Assembly (NCBI RefSeq): GCF_964204865.1 | Contig: NC_135250.1 | Span: 8,618,001 to 8,682,000 of the forward strand | Length of the DNA: 64,000 bases | Direction of reading: 5' to 3' | Source: Styela clava | Taxonomy: Eukaryota | Part shown: positions 49,642 to 61,900 of the stretch, piece by piece | How positions within the stretch are numbered: position 1 is the stretch's first letter | How the letters are laid out: each line of letters opens with the position of its first letter | Notes under the pieces: model-generated | The model's database searches: none | What the model was told of the DNA's origin: nothing | Seen by the model: only the letters and a program-made list of their open reading frames with translations | Position numbers and translations under genes: made by a program

Positions 49642-51359
49642 TTCAGTAGGTTCAAAATAATTTTGTGTAAAATAAAAAAAACAGATAAACACTTTTAACT
49701 CTTTTTTATAGCTTCGTCAAAGGTTTTTACCTCGTTTCCGTATCATCATTGATAATTGTATATGCTGCGTGAATATCATAGTTAATAAATGTTTTCGTTC
49801 TGGTATTTCAATATCAAAATAACCTAGAAAAGTGCAGAATATTTCTATTATTTTTTATTTATCTCTTTATCAAAAGATATTGTGACCTGATGACGGAGCA
49901 ATCTGTGCTTTACAATTCACTCTTGTCATTCGTATATTTTTCAGAAACTTTAATGTTGATTCTTTTGAATGCTCAAATAGGAAAAATTAACTCTGGCTCT
50001 AATTTTTAAACTGCCATTTCCTTAATCTGAACCGTTCTAGACGACCTTGTACTGAATGATAGAAGTTATGGTTCAAGTTAAAAAAAAGAAACTTGCTAAA
50101 TGTGAATGTGAATTTTTGAACTGTCATTATAACAAATCGAAAATTTCAAATTTCAAATATTCGCTAATCAGTAGTTTCAATATATAAATATTATTTTGAG
50201 GAACCGAACGAGACATTGTTTCGACTTGAACGAATAGCTGCGACCAATGACATTAAATGACATTGTTTCATGTCATTGCTGCGACCAACAACTAACGTTG
50301 CGACTGTTATGATTAAAATCTGTTCTAAAATAGAGCATGTTTAAAAACACGTGTAAGATTATGAAGACGAATTTTGGAAGTTTTGACTTATTTACCATTT
50401 TGAAACCCGATTTGGCCAGTTCAGTGCAACTTCTGGGTGTTTCTGGAATTGGATTTTCCGACGCGTCTGTTTTATTTTCTTATTTGTAGGCTATTTCATC
50501 CAATTCTTCGTAAGCAGAGTGTATTCACGAGTCTGAAGCCATTGGTGGCCTCCGTCATTCCTACTGAAACACACGAAATGATGATAAAATGATTACTGTA
50601 AATAATAATTATATGTTTTAGCTTGAATTTATGATAGTGTTGTGTTGTAGGTTGGTGTTGATGCGGAAGCGATAGCGCTTATCGTTACTTCATCAGAAAC
50701 TCACTCAGCCTTTTCAGCCCCACCTCGCAGCGGTAATAACGTTCGTGACTCCATGCGTCGCTATAGCTTTTTGCGGCGATCCTGCAGCGTTTCGTTCGTA
50801 GGTACTTGACAATTCGACGTGGGCACGGCAGTAGGCGCAGCCGCCCCGAGACCTCGTTTTATATTACTGTATTACGGTGTACGTTAAAAAGCGTAAGTTC
50901 TGATTCTCAAGATCTTTAAACTAAAATTGTAAAGATTACCGGTTATTTACTAATCACAGAATCGGGCTTACCAATACTGCAGTAGTCTATACAGTGATAA
51001 GATCGTAATTTTCTTATTACAATATTGAGACAAGGGTGCTGTAATTGAGAAGTATGCACGCTTAATGCTCAAGATGCTGTATACGTATATCATTGTTGAA
51101 TATAGCGTAGGAATCTGATAATTGAATGGCAAATTGGGATCCAATTCAGCAATTTGAGTCAATTTCCTAACACAGTACAGCAGTAACAGCTTCTAGTCAA
51201 AAGTTGAGTCCTCTTCATTGAGTCATACAGTCATAAGTCAGTGGGTTGTGTAAATCCCATGAATAGCAGTAAATATGAGTCTGATTAACTAACCTCACAC
51301 ATGCATTGGGGTCAATCTATTTTGTAAATCAAACTGGGTTTCAATCATGTATTGACAAC

Positions 51360-51768
51360 TAGGGCTGGGCATTTTCGAATACCGTACCTGATGATTTCAG
51401 AATCGAATTGAATATTTTTATCGAATCGAATCTCGAATACTTGGGAGTCAATTATATGCTAATTTTTATTGTAATTGGCTCTGTCAACAAATGTATTACT
51501 GAAAACATGAATAAATCACTAAGACAGATTGTGGAGCGTTCACACACAATGAAAAGCACTTATTTATCAATAACTCGATAAGAAAATAGTCATATGTCAG
51601 AATTGTATTGAAAATTATGGCTTCAAAAAAAAAATTGGGTAATTCACCTCGACCACTGACGGAAAGAAAGAAAAATAAGATGGCGGCGAATCAAAATTTC
51701 GATTGAACCGATTTGAAAATTTACTATTCGAATCGATTCGGATATTCGATTCGAAGTGCCCAGCCCTA
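51360..51768. mobile_element. hAT-type MITE (family A), longer copy
   Basis: TIRs tagggctgggca / tgcccagcccta. Perfect 8-bp TSD ttgacaac (51352-51359, 51769-51776). Subterminal tcgaat/attcga repeats. Confidence 0.9.
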
Positions 51769-52968
51769 TTGACAACATTCACATTGCCTTCCAAACTGCC
51801 TGTTTTGAGGTATTGTTGCTAGTGCCCGATATGTGAATGCTGCTACAATCTGGGAAAGTTTTGGTTATTTCAATTCAGTAATCTACATATTTTACTGCGG
51901 GTTTACTTTCAGACTTTAGGGGTTAGTCAAGTCTTACTGTCTTAGTTCTAGTTAAGTCTTTGCCATCCTAAACTACGTACAATGCTCAGCAATGTTAAAA
52001 TAGTAGAAAAAGGGACTGCATTATCCATTTATTGAGAATGATTTACTGACACCCTCTTCTGGCTATTGCCAGATTATGCAGTGAACAAACATATCTATCC
52101 AGACCAAATTCTTCATGCTATCTATACCGCCATTGTTGTTTGATTCATAAAGGGATGTCTATTGATTGAATAGGGATATCTAAAATATATACTTTGAACA
52201 AAGTTCGAAATATTAACATTCAGCAATCAAAAAAGTTATTTTCATTATTGCCTAATTTGCCATTTTTGCTCATGTTATAATTTGACACAAAATACAGAAA
52301 TAGATCCATTCGGAATTTAAAAGAGTATTGATTGTAAGTGAGCGCAATACAGAATAGCAAGTTTGTCATCAATATTCATTATTTTTTGATTAATGAAGCC
52401 ATTGTGTGGTCGATTTTCATGCCTCATTAAACCCATTTAAGCAGCTGCCATAGTTTGGAAGGACTGGAATCTTTTCGGGATTGTCCGCCTATTCTGTTAT
52501 GCCCTGGGTTAGGTGGTGGGCATGATTTCCATGTTATGTATATGGTGGTGTACAAGTTGATAATAATGCATAAGAGCATATTGCGATGCTGCTTTGTACA
52601 TCGTGATGACATTTTACGCCTTGTGATAATTTAATTTTTCAAGTGCTATTATGGGCTTGTTACATTGTGTATGACAGAAAGGTTCACATTTTTTTTAACT
52701 GACTGGCATTATTTATGTTCTGTGAAACATCTGTGATAAAGTTTTGCCAATTTTCAGTTCATTTACAAGTTTCAGAATATTACAAGTAGCCTATTTGACC
52801 TGTCCAATATGATACCATTTATTTTTATATTTTCAATGTTTACAGTGTATAGCATGCTTCATTTTTTGTCGTATTAGTATCATATTCATCTCAATACCAA
52901 TTAAAGTTAATGACTCAATAAGTTGAAATTCCCTGTCAGTAGCTGCCGTTAGACTGCTGGCAAGTGAA

Positions 52969-55900
52969 ATGTCTCATGGAGAACTTGCAGTTCTTGATAA
53001 CAGGATTGAAAATCAGATGTCAGGTGCTACATTTGACGTTGGTGGATCGGAAGATGAATATCGACCAGACGTTCAAGAACATACTATGTGGATAAATCCA
53101 GATCATGGAGCCCTTTTTACAAGGTCAATTGAGTTGGTTTAATAAATTGTTTATTTGATTATGAATATGCACATATATAGGAATTATTTGTAATAACCAA
53201 TTATTTTTCACTGTGTCTGCATGTATTGGTCATCAATAAAACCTTATCTAGGATTCCTGCTGTTTTGCCAATTAAAATGCCTAATATCTTCTTTAGCTTT
53301 ACTTTTATGCATTACATATCCTTGTGGATTTTAGGAACATAGATGATCTCGGCAAAATTTCTATCTATACTAATTACTATGTATCCACTGTAAATAAAAA
53401 TGGCGTGAATAAGAGGGTGTTAAAAAGGAAATATCAACAAAGGATTTTTATTTTATGAATAGCGTTTCTTGGTGTACATATTTGCATTTATGATGTAACA
53501 ATGTTGCTGTTAAACAACTGTGCTAAATTCGTGCTAGGGAATTGCTGCATATTGCATGAGGTAGTACTATATCGAACATTTGTGAAAATTGTAATCTTTT
53601 ACCTCAATATATTCCAACTTTCAGACGATTTGCCAAATTGCATGTCATAGCTCCTCAAAATATCTCGGAATATGCCAACCTTATGAACATCCACCCACCC
53701 TAAAATCATGGGGCAGACACCTTTACCAAAATATTCTAAACTTATGGAATTTGACATTGACATATAATATGCTAATTGGCAACGCTGGTCTAATATACTT
53801 TTCATGCACTTCTAACCAATGGGTTCAATGAAGCGATGTTGCCATGTTGATTTGCTAATCTGATAAAGCCAATCCTGAATTCACATTAGTAATTATTAAA
53901 CGATTTGTAAATTCTTTTCAAGCAATTTATTGTATCTACTTTTTCTGTTCCATGTCATTTATTGACATAGTGCATTCCTACCCATACAGTATTATGTCGT
54001 CAGTATTTCAAGCGATAAAGAAACAGCATTTGGATCATTTCAACTCCCTATAGATCTATTTTCACTCATGTTAATCTTGTGGTTCAATGTCTTATCATCA
54101 CCTGGTATGTCTCATTGCCTGAACCATAATTAAAAACAGCAATTGCATAACATTAGTATTTCCACAGGGATGTGTACAGAGATCCACATAATGATGAATG
54201 ACTCTTAGCATGCGCATAAACGTTACCATTTGTATATTTGCTGTATTACTGATTCATTTTTATTAAGCAGTGGTTCCCAATTGTGTGTCGCGGCGCATTA
54301 GGGATAATTTTCGAATGGGTCACAAAATACCCATCTAATTTCCAAAATTTTTTTATCTGTCTGTATTTGAAACTTGACATAAAATGATAAAATTTTCAAG
54401 AAAATAGTACTGCTAACTATATCGGACATTCAGCTGCGATATATGATCGTTTATGTGCACAAAAATAAACTCACATAATGTAAGGATTATTGAATGTTTA
54501 CAAATAGAAACTTTTTTTGTCTTAGTTGTTGATAGAGTGAAATTTTTTTTTCAATGTGGTTTGTATTGTTGAAATGTGTTTCGAGTTTGAAGTGTTTGAG
54601 AACCTATTATACAAAGTGACAATCTTTGTGGATATGACCATTTTTGTATGAATACTTCATATTCAAGTGTTGGAGTAGATAAAAAAAACCTTGTGGTAAA
54701 ACAGGCAAACATCATTGTTAAAATTCTGATGCTAAATTTATTTTGTGCATAATCAATGCCCACAGTCTTTACTGTGTATAAGCCATTTGTAGCCATTTAT
54801 AAGCTTGTTACACGACGCAGATTTAATTACAGCAGAAAAAGTGTGTGAATATCTTATATGAAGTTCTAATTAACAATATAAATTTTTAAATTTATATAAA
54901 AGTATGTGTATAAATATCATAGTTTAAAGAGTTTGACAGCTCAACAATGAGCTAAAATTTTATGAAACAGTAATTCTATCTTTTCGTTTAATAAGGTATA
55001 TTTGGAATATGTAAATATTAAATTTTAAAGTGCAATCATTAAAAGTGACTTTGCAAATATACTTTATATTTCTTTAAATTGAAATATGTATCGTATGTAA
55101 CTTGGCGATAACTTTTGGGGATATGAGCCTGCTATTCTGTTATTGATCATCTTTAAATGATTTATAGAATATATAATCCTAATGATTTTGGGTGGATGTT
55201 TCGGCTAGAGAATTGATTCGTAAAGAACAACTGCGAAAATCCAATTACAATATGAGGAAATTCTGTGGGTTTTAAAACTTTACCGAGTATTCTGAAACAA
55301 GTAAAGATCAATTTGGGCAGAGCCACTTTGAAAAACCATTTCACTTCAGGGAGCAAGTTTCATGGTTTCAGCAGAATATACATTTTGTTTAAACTTATCG
55401 CCATGATAATGAAGTCGCTATTTTAGGGTTCTTAAACTTTCATGATCAGATCCATGACCAGTTATTTATTCGCCATGTTAACACCACAATGCCAACAAAT
55501 GAGAGAATGAACGCATTACGTAAAATAATTAGACAAATCACAGTTAATCTACAATAAATCAATTTAGTAATTGCTAATACTACCTAACCTAAACGTGCTT
55601 CAATCGTGGCCCCCAATAGGAATGAGGGCCCAGATTTAGAAACCCTCGGTTAGCTATTGTCGCGAAAATGATAGATAACTACTCGACTAGCAACATGTCA
55701 TAATCTAAATTTTCTTATTGATACATTGATAACTAATAATAATATACCATTTTTCAACAGAGTTGATTCTGCGGATTTAATTTTCAATCAAAGAAAACAA
55801 GCAAAAATTTATGGAAAATATTTATTCGGTGATATGCTTGGTGAAGGATCATATGGAAAAGTGAAAGAAGTCCTGGACACGGAAACTCTATGTAGAAGGG

Positions 55901-58900
55901 CAGTGAAGATCGTCAAGAAACGAAAGCTGAAAAGAATTCCAAATGGAGAAGCGAACGTAAAAAAGTAAGTTGAATTTATTTTTTTCAAATTCTTTCTGCA
56001 TACATAATATTTAATTAACTGATGAATTTCAGAGCAGTTATGTGGAATTCATCTTGTCATGGCTGTTTTTATGATCGTATTGACATGAAATGTTTAACTT
56101 TCGTTTTAATCGATGTTTACCAATGTACAATAATACACCATAATTCTTTCTACTGGGAGTCTCAGTAGCTCTTGGCATTTTAGTGGTCGACATTATCTTC
56201 GCTTACAGACTAAACTCTTCGATTTCTGCGGTTGTGCGTGTGACTTTGCTTTGAGCAAATTTCAAGAAAATCAATTGAAATTTAAAAAAAGGATAATATC
56301 ATGTTTTAGTTGTATTTATCGACAATATATTCACTTGTTAGACTTTTAGGTCAAGTCGTTTTTATAACCTTCTCTAAGTTCTTTCTTTTAATGAAAAATG
56401 ACATATTATGTTTATACTTTTGAAATAAATTGGAATATCTATATAATTATTTTAGCATTAAAATTTGAATTGGCCAATCTTCTGTTATGTTGTTATTTTG
56501 TATCCTGAACCTATTTGCTTTTGTTCGCAAACGCCTGTTTGTTTTGTTCATGTCTTGTATCCGCAAATATTTACTCCTCTTGGTAAATTCAGTGCCGGTA
56601 ATTTAACATGGGCAAATATTTTTGCTGCTAAATAAAATTGATTTGTTATTATGTGGAATGTGAATTTGAGCGTTTGCGGCTTCGTGGACCTATAATTGAT
56701 TACAGACATAGTACATAATTGAGCCTACCTACCGGTAAATATTTTTAAAATAGGGTATTGAATTCGGAAAGATAAATTACTGACACATTCAAAGTGCACC
56801 CAACAGGACGACCCTGTTCGAAGCGAAATATGTGAATAATTGTCGTATAAAAGATTTAAAAATGAAGAAATTTTCTGTTCTTCCACATTTGTATGGAAAA
56901 CGGGTCGAAAAACATGCCGCTTCAATATAACATAAGAAACTACTGTCTTTTTGTGAAGTTTATCGTTTTCATGGTTCAGGAGAGCTCATTCAATTTATTA
57001 TGCCATGGATGAGATGGTTGGCATGAATAGACCACCGAATGGGTCGGTGCTCAAATCAGAAATCTATCACCTGCATTTTTAACAATAGTTGGAATGTATG
57101 AACCATTAAACCATTAACTGTTGTGTATTACCAAATATCAAAAATGAATAACACCAAAATTTTCATTTTGAAGGGAAATAGAGCTCTTGCACAAACTACA
57201 TCACAAAAACGTTATTGAACTTGTCGAAGTTATGTACAACAAGGAAAAACAAAAGTTATACATGGTCATGGAATTCTGTGTTGCAAACGTACAAGAAATG
57301 CTTGACAGCGCACCACAAAAGAAATTCCCTGTCTGGCAAAGCCACAAGTATGTTGATTGAATTCCTTTGAATCTGTGTTAGATAAATCGCATGCTGTTAA
57401 CAGTGTGAAAAAATTATGTATTGCATCTTCAATCAAGTGATTTATCGTTAATATTTTTGGATTGGTAGGAAACTAGTTGTCTTTCTGGCTTGAGTAGATC
57501 AATTTTCTATCATTTTTCATTGAAATTTGGATAAACTTATTTGTTCAAAGCCACACAAGCCGCAGACAGAATAACAGTTCTTTAAAATATTCAAAATTAG
57601 CAAATGTTATAATTTCACTACAAGAGTCGACATTTCCAATTTAGAATTCAGGGCTTTTATAATAAGATCTTTCAATATATGGAATGTTTCAGTATGCCAA
57701 AAATCAGGTTTTTCAACTTATGATATCACAATTAGCCTAAAAACCTGCTACCAATTAACCAGGTAAAAAACCTGCCTAGATAATGGTATCATATTGTAAG
57801 AAGTATAAGGTGTTTTACCTGGTTTTAAGCTTTTTATATGAAAACATGAATGACATAACGCATGTGTTATTCTAAACCTTTTTTTGGTATTTGGTAAGAT
57901 TAGATTTATTTTGTTTTGTTCGTACTACGCCATTCATTCATATGGAAAATAAGAATAAATTTTATGACTTAATAATCATATTCACCTTACTGTATATATC
58001 TAGAAAGCTGTTTTAAGACAAACCAAGATAGTAACGGAATATTATTATTTCTTCATTTTGAAAATCCCAGCTATATTTGGTGCTGTTTATTGTATTCAAC
58101 AAAGGTCAAAATTCATTTGTTACACTTCGGTCACATATTTCGGTATTACCCATACATTTCAGATAGAGATAGAAGAAGTATTTAGTACCTTGTTACTCAA
58201 AGCAACAGTGTGAAATATATAAATTTGATTAACAGATGTACATTTAATGTTATGTACTGGGTCTAAAGTTTCGAGTTTAAAAGTTTAATTGCGTGATAAT
58301 TATCTCACCAATGCAGAAAATGACTTGCACTATTAACTTTTTAATATCGGTAGCTGCAATTGTAATATATGGGGTATGGCCATCCGGTTTTGCTCATTTC
58401 GTCTTATCATTTTCAATTTGCTGGAATATGTTTGAAATGAACTCTTTTTCAGTTTCATCATACTTCTGTCTGTTCCCATTTTGTATATGCCCCATTGATT
58501 GAGTAGGTAATTCATCAATGGTTTATTTTGACAGAATAATGATTGCACACTGATAACTTACTGCACTGGGACTTGAATAACAAATTAGAAATTTAATTAC
58601 TGGTACATTTGTATTTACTGATATGTGTAATTGATTTTTGAATATTTATAACAAGTTACAACTCCATTTAGAGAAACAAAATTTGAGCCCATGAAGTGGT
58701 TATCCAATATCTCTGTTCTACTTAACTGTTAAACCTAAAAATCAATAAATATTTTTAATATTTTCCTCTTTCAAATATGTATTGATTGCATGCAAGTGCC
58801 TGGATTCAAATTTTATCCTTCCTCATTAGTATCAAGTCTTGCATCACCAAAGTGTTATTCTCATAAGGGAAATTAATTAGTTACATTTGATTGGTCATGA

Positions 58901-61900
58901 CTAAATTGGCTTCATTAATTTTTTATGTTCTATCTGCTGATTCGATTAGAGGAGTGATAAAAGAAATAATTACTTGTGTGTACCAGGGTGTAATGATTAT
59001 TGTGTTAAACTCATCACTGGGGTCACCTAGCCGAGGTTCAAAGTGATTTGAGCTGGTTTAGTTCATTTCAGTTCACGACTGAAATCTGTGGATTCAACTT
59101 TGTAGAAATATCAAATCTGAAATTTCAATCACTCCAAAATTTGAAATACCCAGTAACCTTGAATTTAAACTTGTTGCAACACCAATCGTAATTGATCTGG
59201 TCTAGATTAATACGTCATGAATTTTCCTAAATGTTTTCATTTTTTTTCTAAATGTAAAGATTGTGCATGCATTTGCAACTTGTTTTTGGAAAATCATTGA
59301 TAGTTCAAATTTAAATTCCACATCCCAGCAATACTTTTTGAAGAGATTTGTTTTGACTTTATTCCAAAATTTTTCTATTCAACGAAACATACTCTGTCCC
59401 TGCTACTTATCGTACTCAGTCTGTTCAAAGCACCATTAATCTATTACTGTATTCTCAAAGCTATATTTGTGGTGCATACGTGATCAATACCATATACCTG
59501 TTCTATATTGGCATGAAGTTGTAATGATTTTGTTTAAATTCTAACTCTAGTAATTTGCATTCAGCTTTTAGCTAGATATCATAATCTACCAAAGGTAGCA
59601 GTTGGGTATATCAGTGAAAATTATGAAATAATGAATCTCAAAACACTAATTGTCAAAATGAGATTTAGAATCCTGCAATTTTCGGTATTATATAAAAATA
59701 TATCTCTCATCAGTCTCATATATTCTGGTAGTTGCAATTTTCACCTTTAAAAACAAACGTTCAACTTAATCAATCAAAAGTTGGTTTTGGAAAATTAGGT
59801 TAAAACCCACTGTTGTATTTAAACTTGTACCACTTTGAGAGAGAGAGATCTGAAAAAATAAGAATATCATACCAATAACAACAACACAGACAGACCCTGA
59901 ACTCGTAAAGAACTAAAATAAGGAAAATCTGAATAAAATTATGGCCTAACCCTAACCTGGTACACATACTACGGGAGTACCCATTTTTGACATTCACACT
60001 TTTATCGTGGAACTCCCAAACTGATAAATTATGCCTATTAACACCTACGGTACCTATAAGTGCCTAAACTCATGGTATTTGAGTACCATGATGCGATAGA
60101 GATAAGGTGTGACCTTTAAAAATGTTATCGTTTTTATTTACCATTATACAAGAATTTCATATAAAAATAATGGTATTCCGTAGTTTCCTTCTTTATTCAA
60201 TTCTTTTTTTTTACTTTCAGCTATTTCTGTCAACTTATCATTGGTTTGAGTTATTTGCACAGTCAGCATATTGTACATAAAGATATCAAGCCTGGAAATC
60301 TATTGATCGCCTGTGATTCTACATTAAAGATATCAGATTTAGGAGTCGCAGAAGTATGTATATGATAGCAATATCAATGTTTATTTTGTTGGTTGTGGTT
60401 GGATAATCGGATAAAATATGTAGCCTATGGAATGTAGAAACTGTGATGAACTGATGTTTTAAATGTGGAATGTGGTAAAGCTTAGTTTACATATGAGGAA
60501 AGCTAATAGAACAGCTTTAATAATGTGGAAAGCTGCCGCTTTTTGTACCATTGCCAATTCAGGTTAAAAATGAGAGCTTTTATTGTTTTGTCATCATCAC
60601 CTGCTTTTTTGGCAATTGCATCTTGCATGTAATGAACATAGATACAAGATGTTATTAGGTTAAGCACAACTAAGTATTTAGATCGCTACGATTTTTCAGA
60701 ATTTTCAGAAGTTTTGCTACGGCCACTGCTATCTATGCGGTCATAGCGGGGCTTGTACTCTCCGTACAGCCTATGCTTATTCCAGATATAAATTAGTGTA
60801 TTTAGCCAGACTCTCGAAATAAAATTACTTTACTTGTTATTTTTGTACATACCAGAGTTGGAAGTTAATAAATTGTAAAGGCTGTATTATTGTTCATTAT
60901 CCTTATTTTCTACTCAGACTGGGCCTCAATCCGTTTTGCATAACCGGGCGTCGCTATTTATTCAATCAGCTATTTTTCATTTCAATAAATTTCAGGCCCT
61001 GAATATGTTCTCACAAGATGATAAGTGTCGGACTTCTCAAGGTTCTCCGGCATTTCAACCTCCTGAAATTGCAAACGGACACGAATTTTTTCCTGGTTTT
61101 AAAGTCGATATATGGTCAAGTGGTGTCACACTGTAAGTATATATTTTAATGTAGTGGTATTCGTGTTAAAGTTGGAATACCTCATGTCTTAGCATCACAA
61201 TTATGCAATCATTAGCAGTGTTTGTGGTCAGAAATGCCATATATAGTACAGATGTACTTATATATTAGGTACCGGTAGTTTATTTACAAAAGTACTGTTT
61301 TACAATAAACATTGCAAAGATAAACATATTTCCAAAAACATGGGATTCCCCCATGCACTACATTGGACAACATGCAACTTCTGGTAATTAATTTTATTTA
61401 TTTTTCTCCCTTCGATTCTATACGATCATACAAAAAATGTGGTTCGAATCCTATCTCCCAATTTAATTATTATCATTCCAATGGGATTTTAAATCTGAGG
61501 GGTGGTTTAGAATTGATTTACTACTCATATTTAAATCTTTCTTTGTCTTCTATGGCCCGATGTATGAATTATATAGTTACAGTTCTATAATATTATTGCA
61601 GTATGTATTTAATAATTGGTAAATTGGCTACATTGGTTGCTCTCCTGTGTCACAGATATTATGAATATGGAATACCATATGGAGTTGTTTACCATATGGA
61701 GATGTTTAATTAGTTTTTTGCACTTTCATTTATTTTAATTATCTTTATTATCATTCAGTATTTATTCATTATTCATCATCCATTAATTATCATTATCTAA
61801 TTTCATCCAAGTGCATCCATCTGTGCCCTGTCTAAGGCAATCATTGATTTTTACCCAGTTATGCCTTATTAAACTTTTTTATTTTTTATATGATGTCTGA

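Noticed and set aside
59944-59958. Telomere-like cctaaccctaacc
   Set aside because: Only two units, and part of the Merlin-like MITE core rather than an interstitial telomere.
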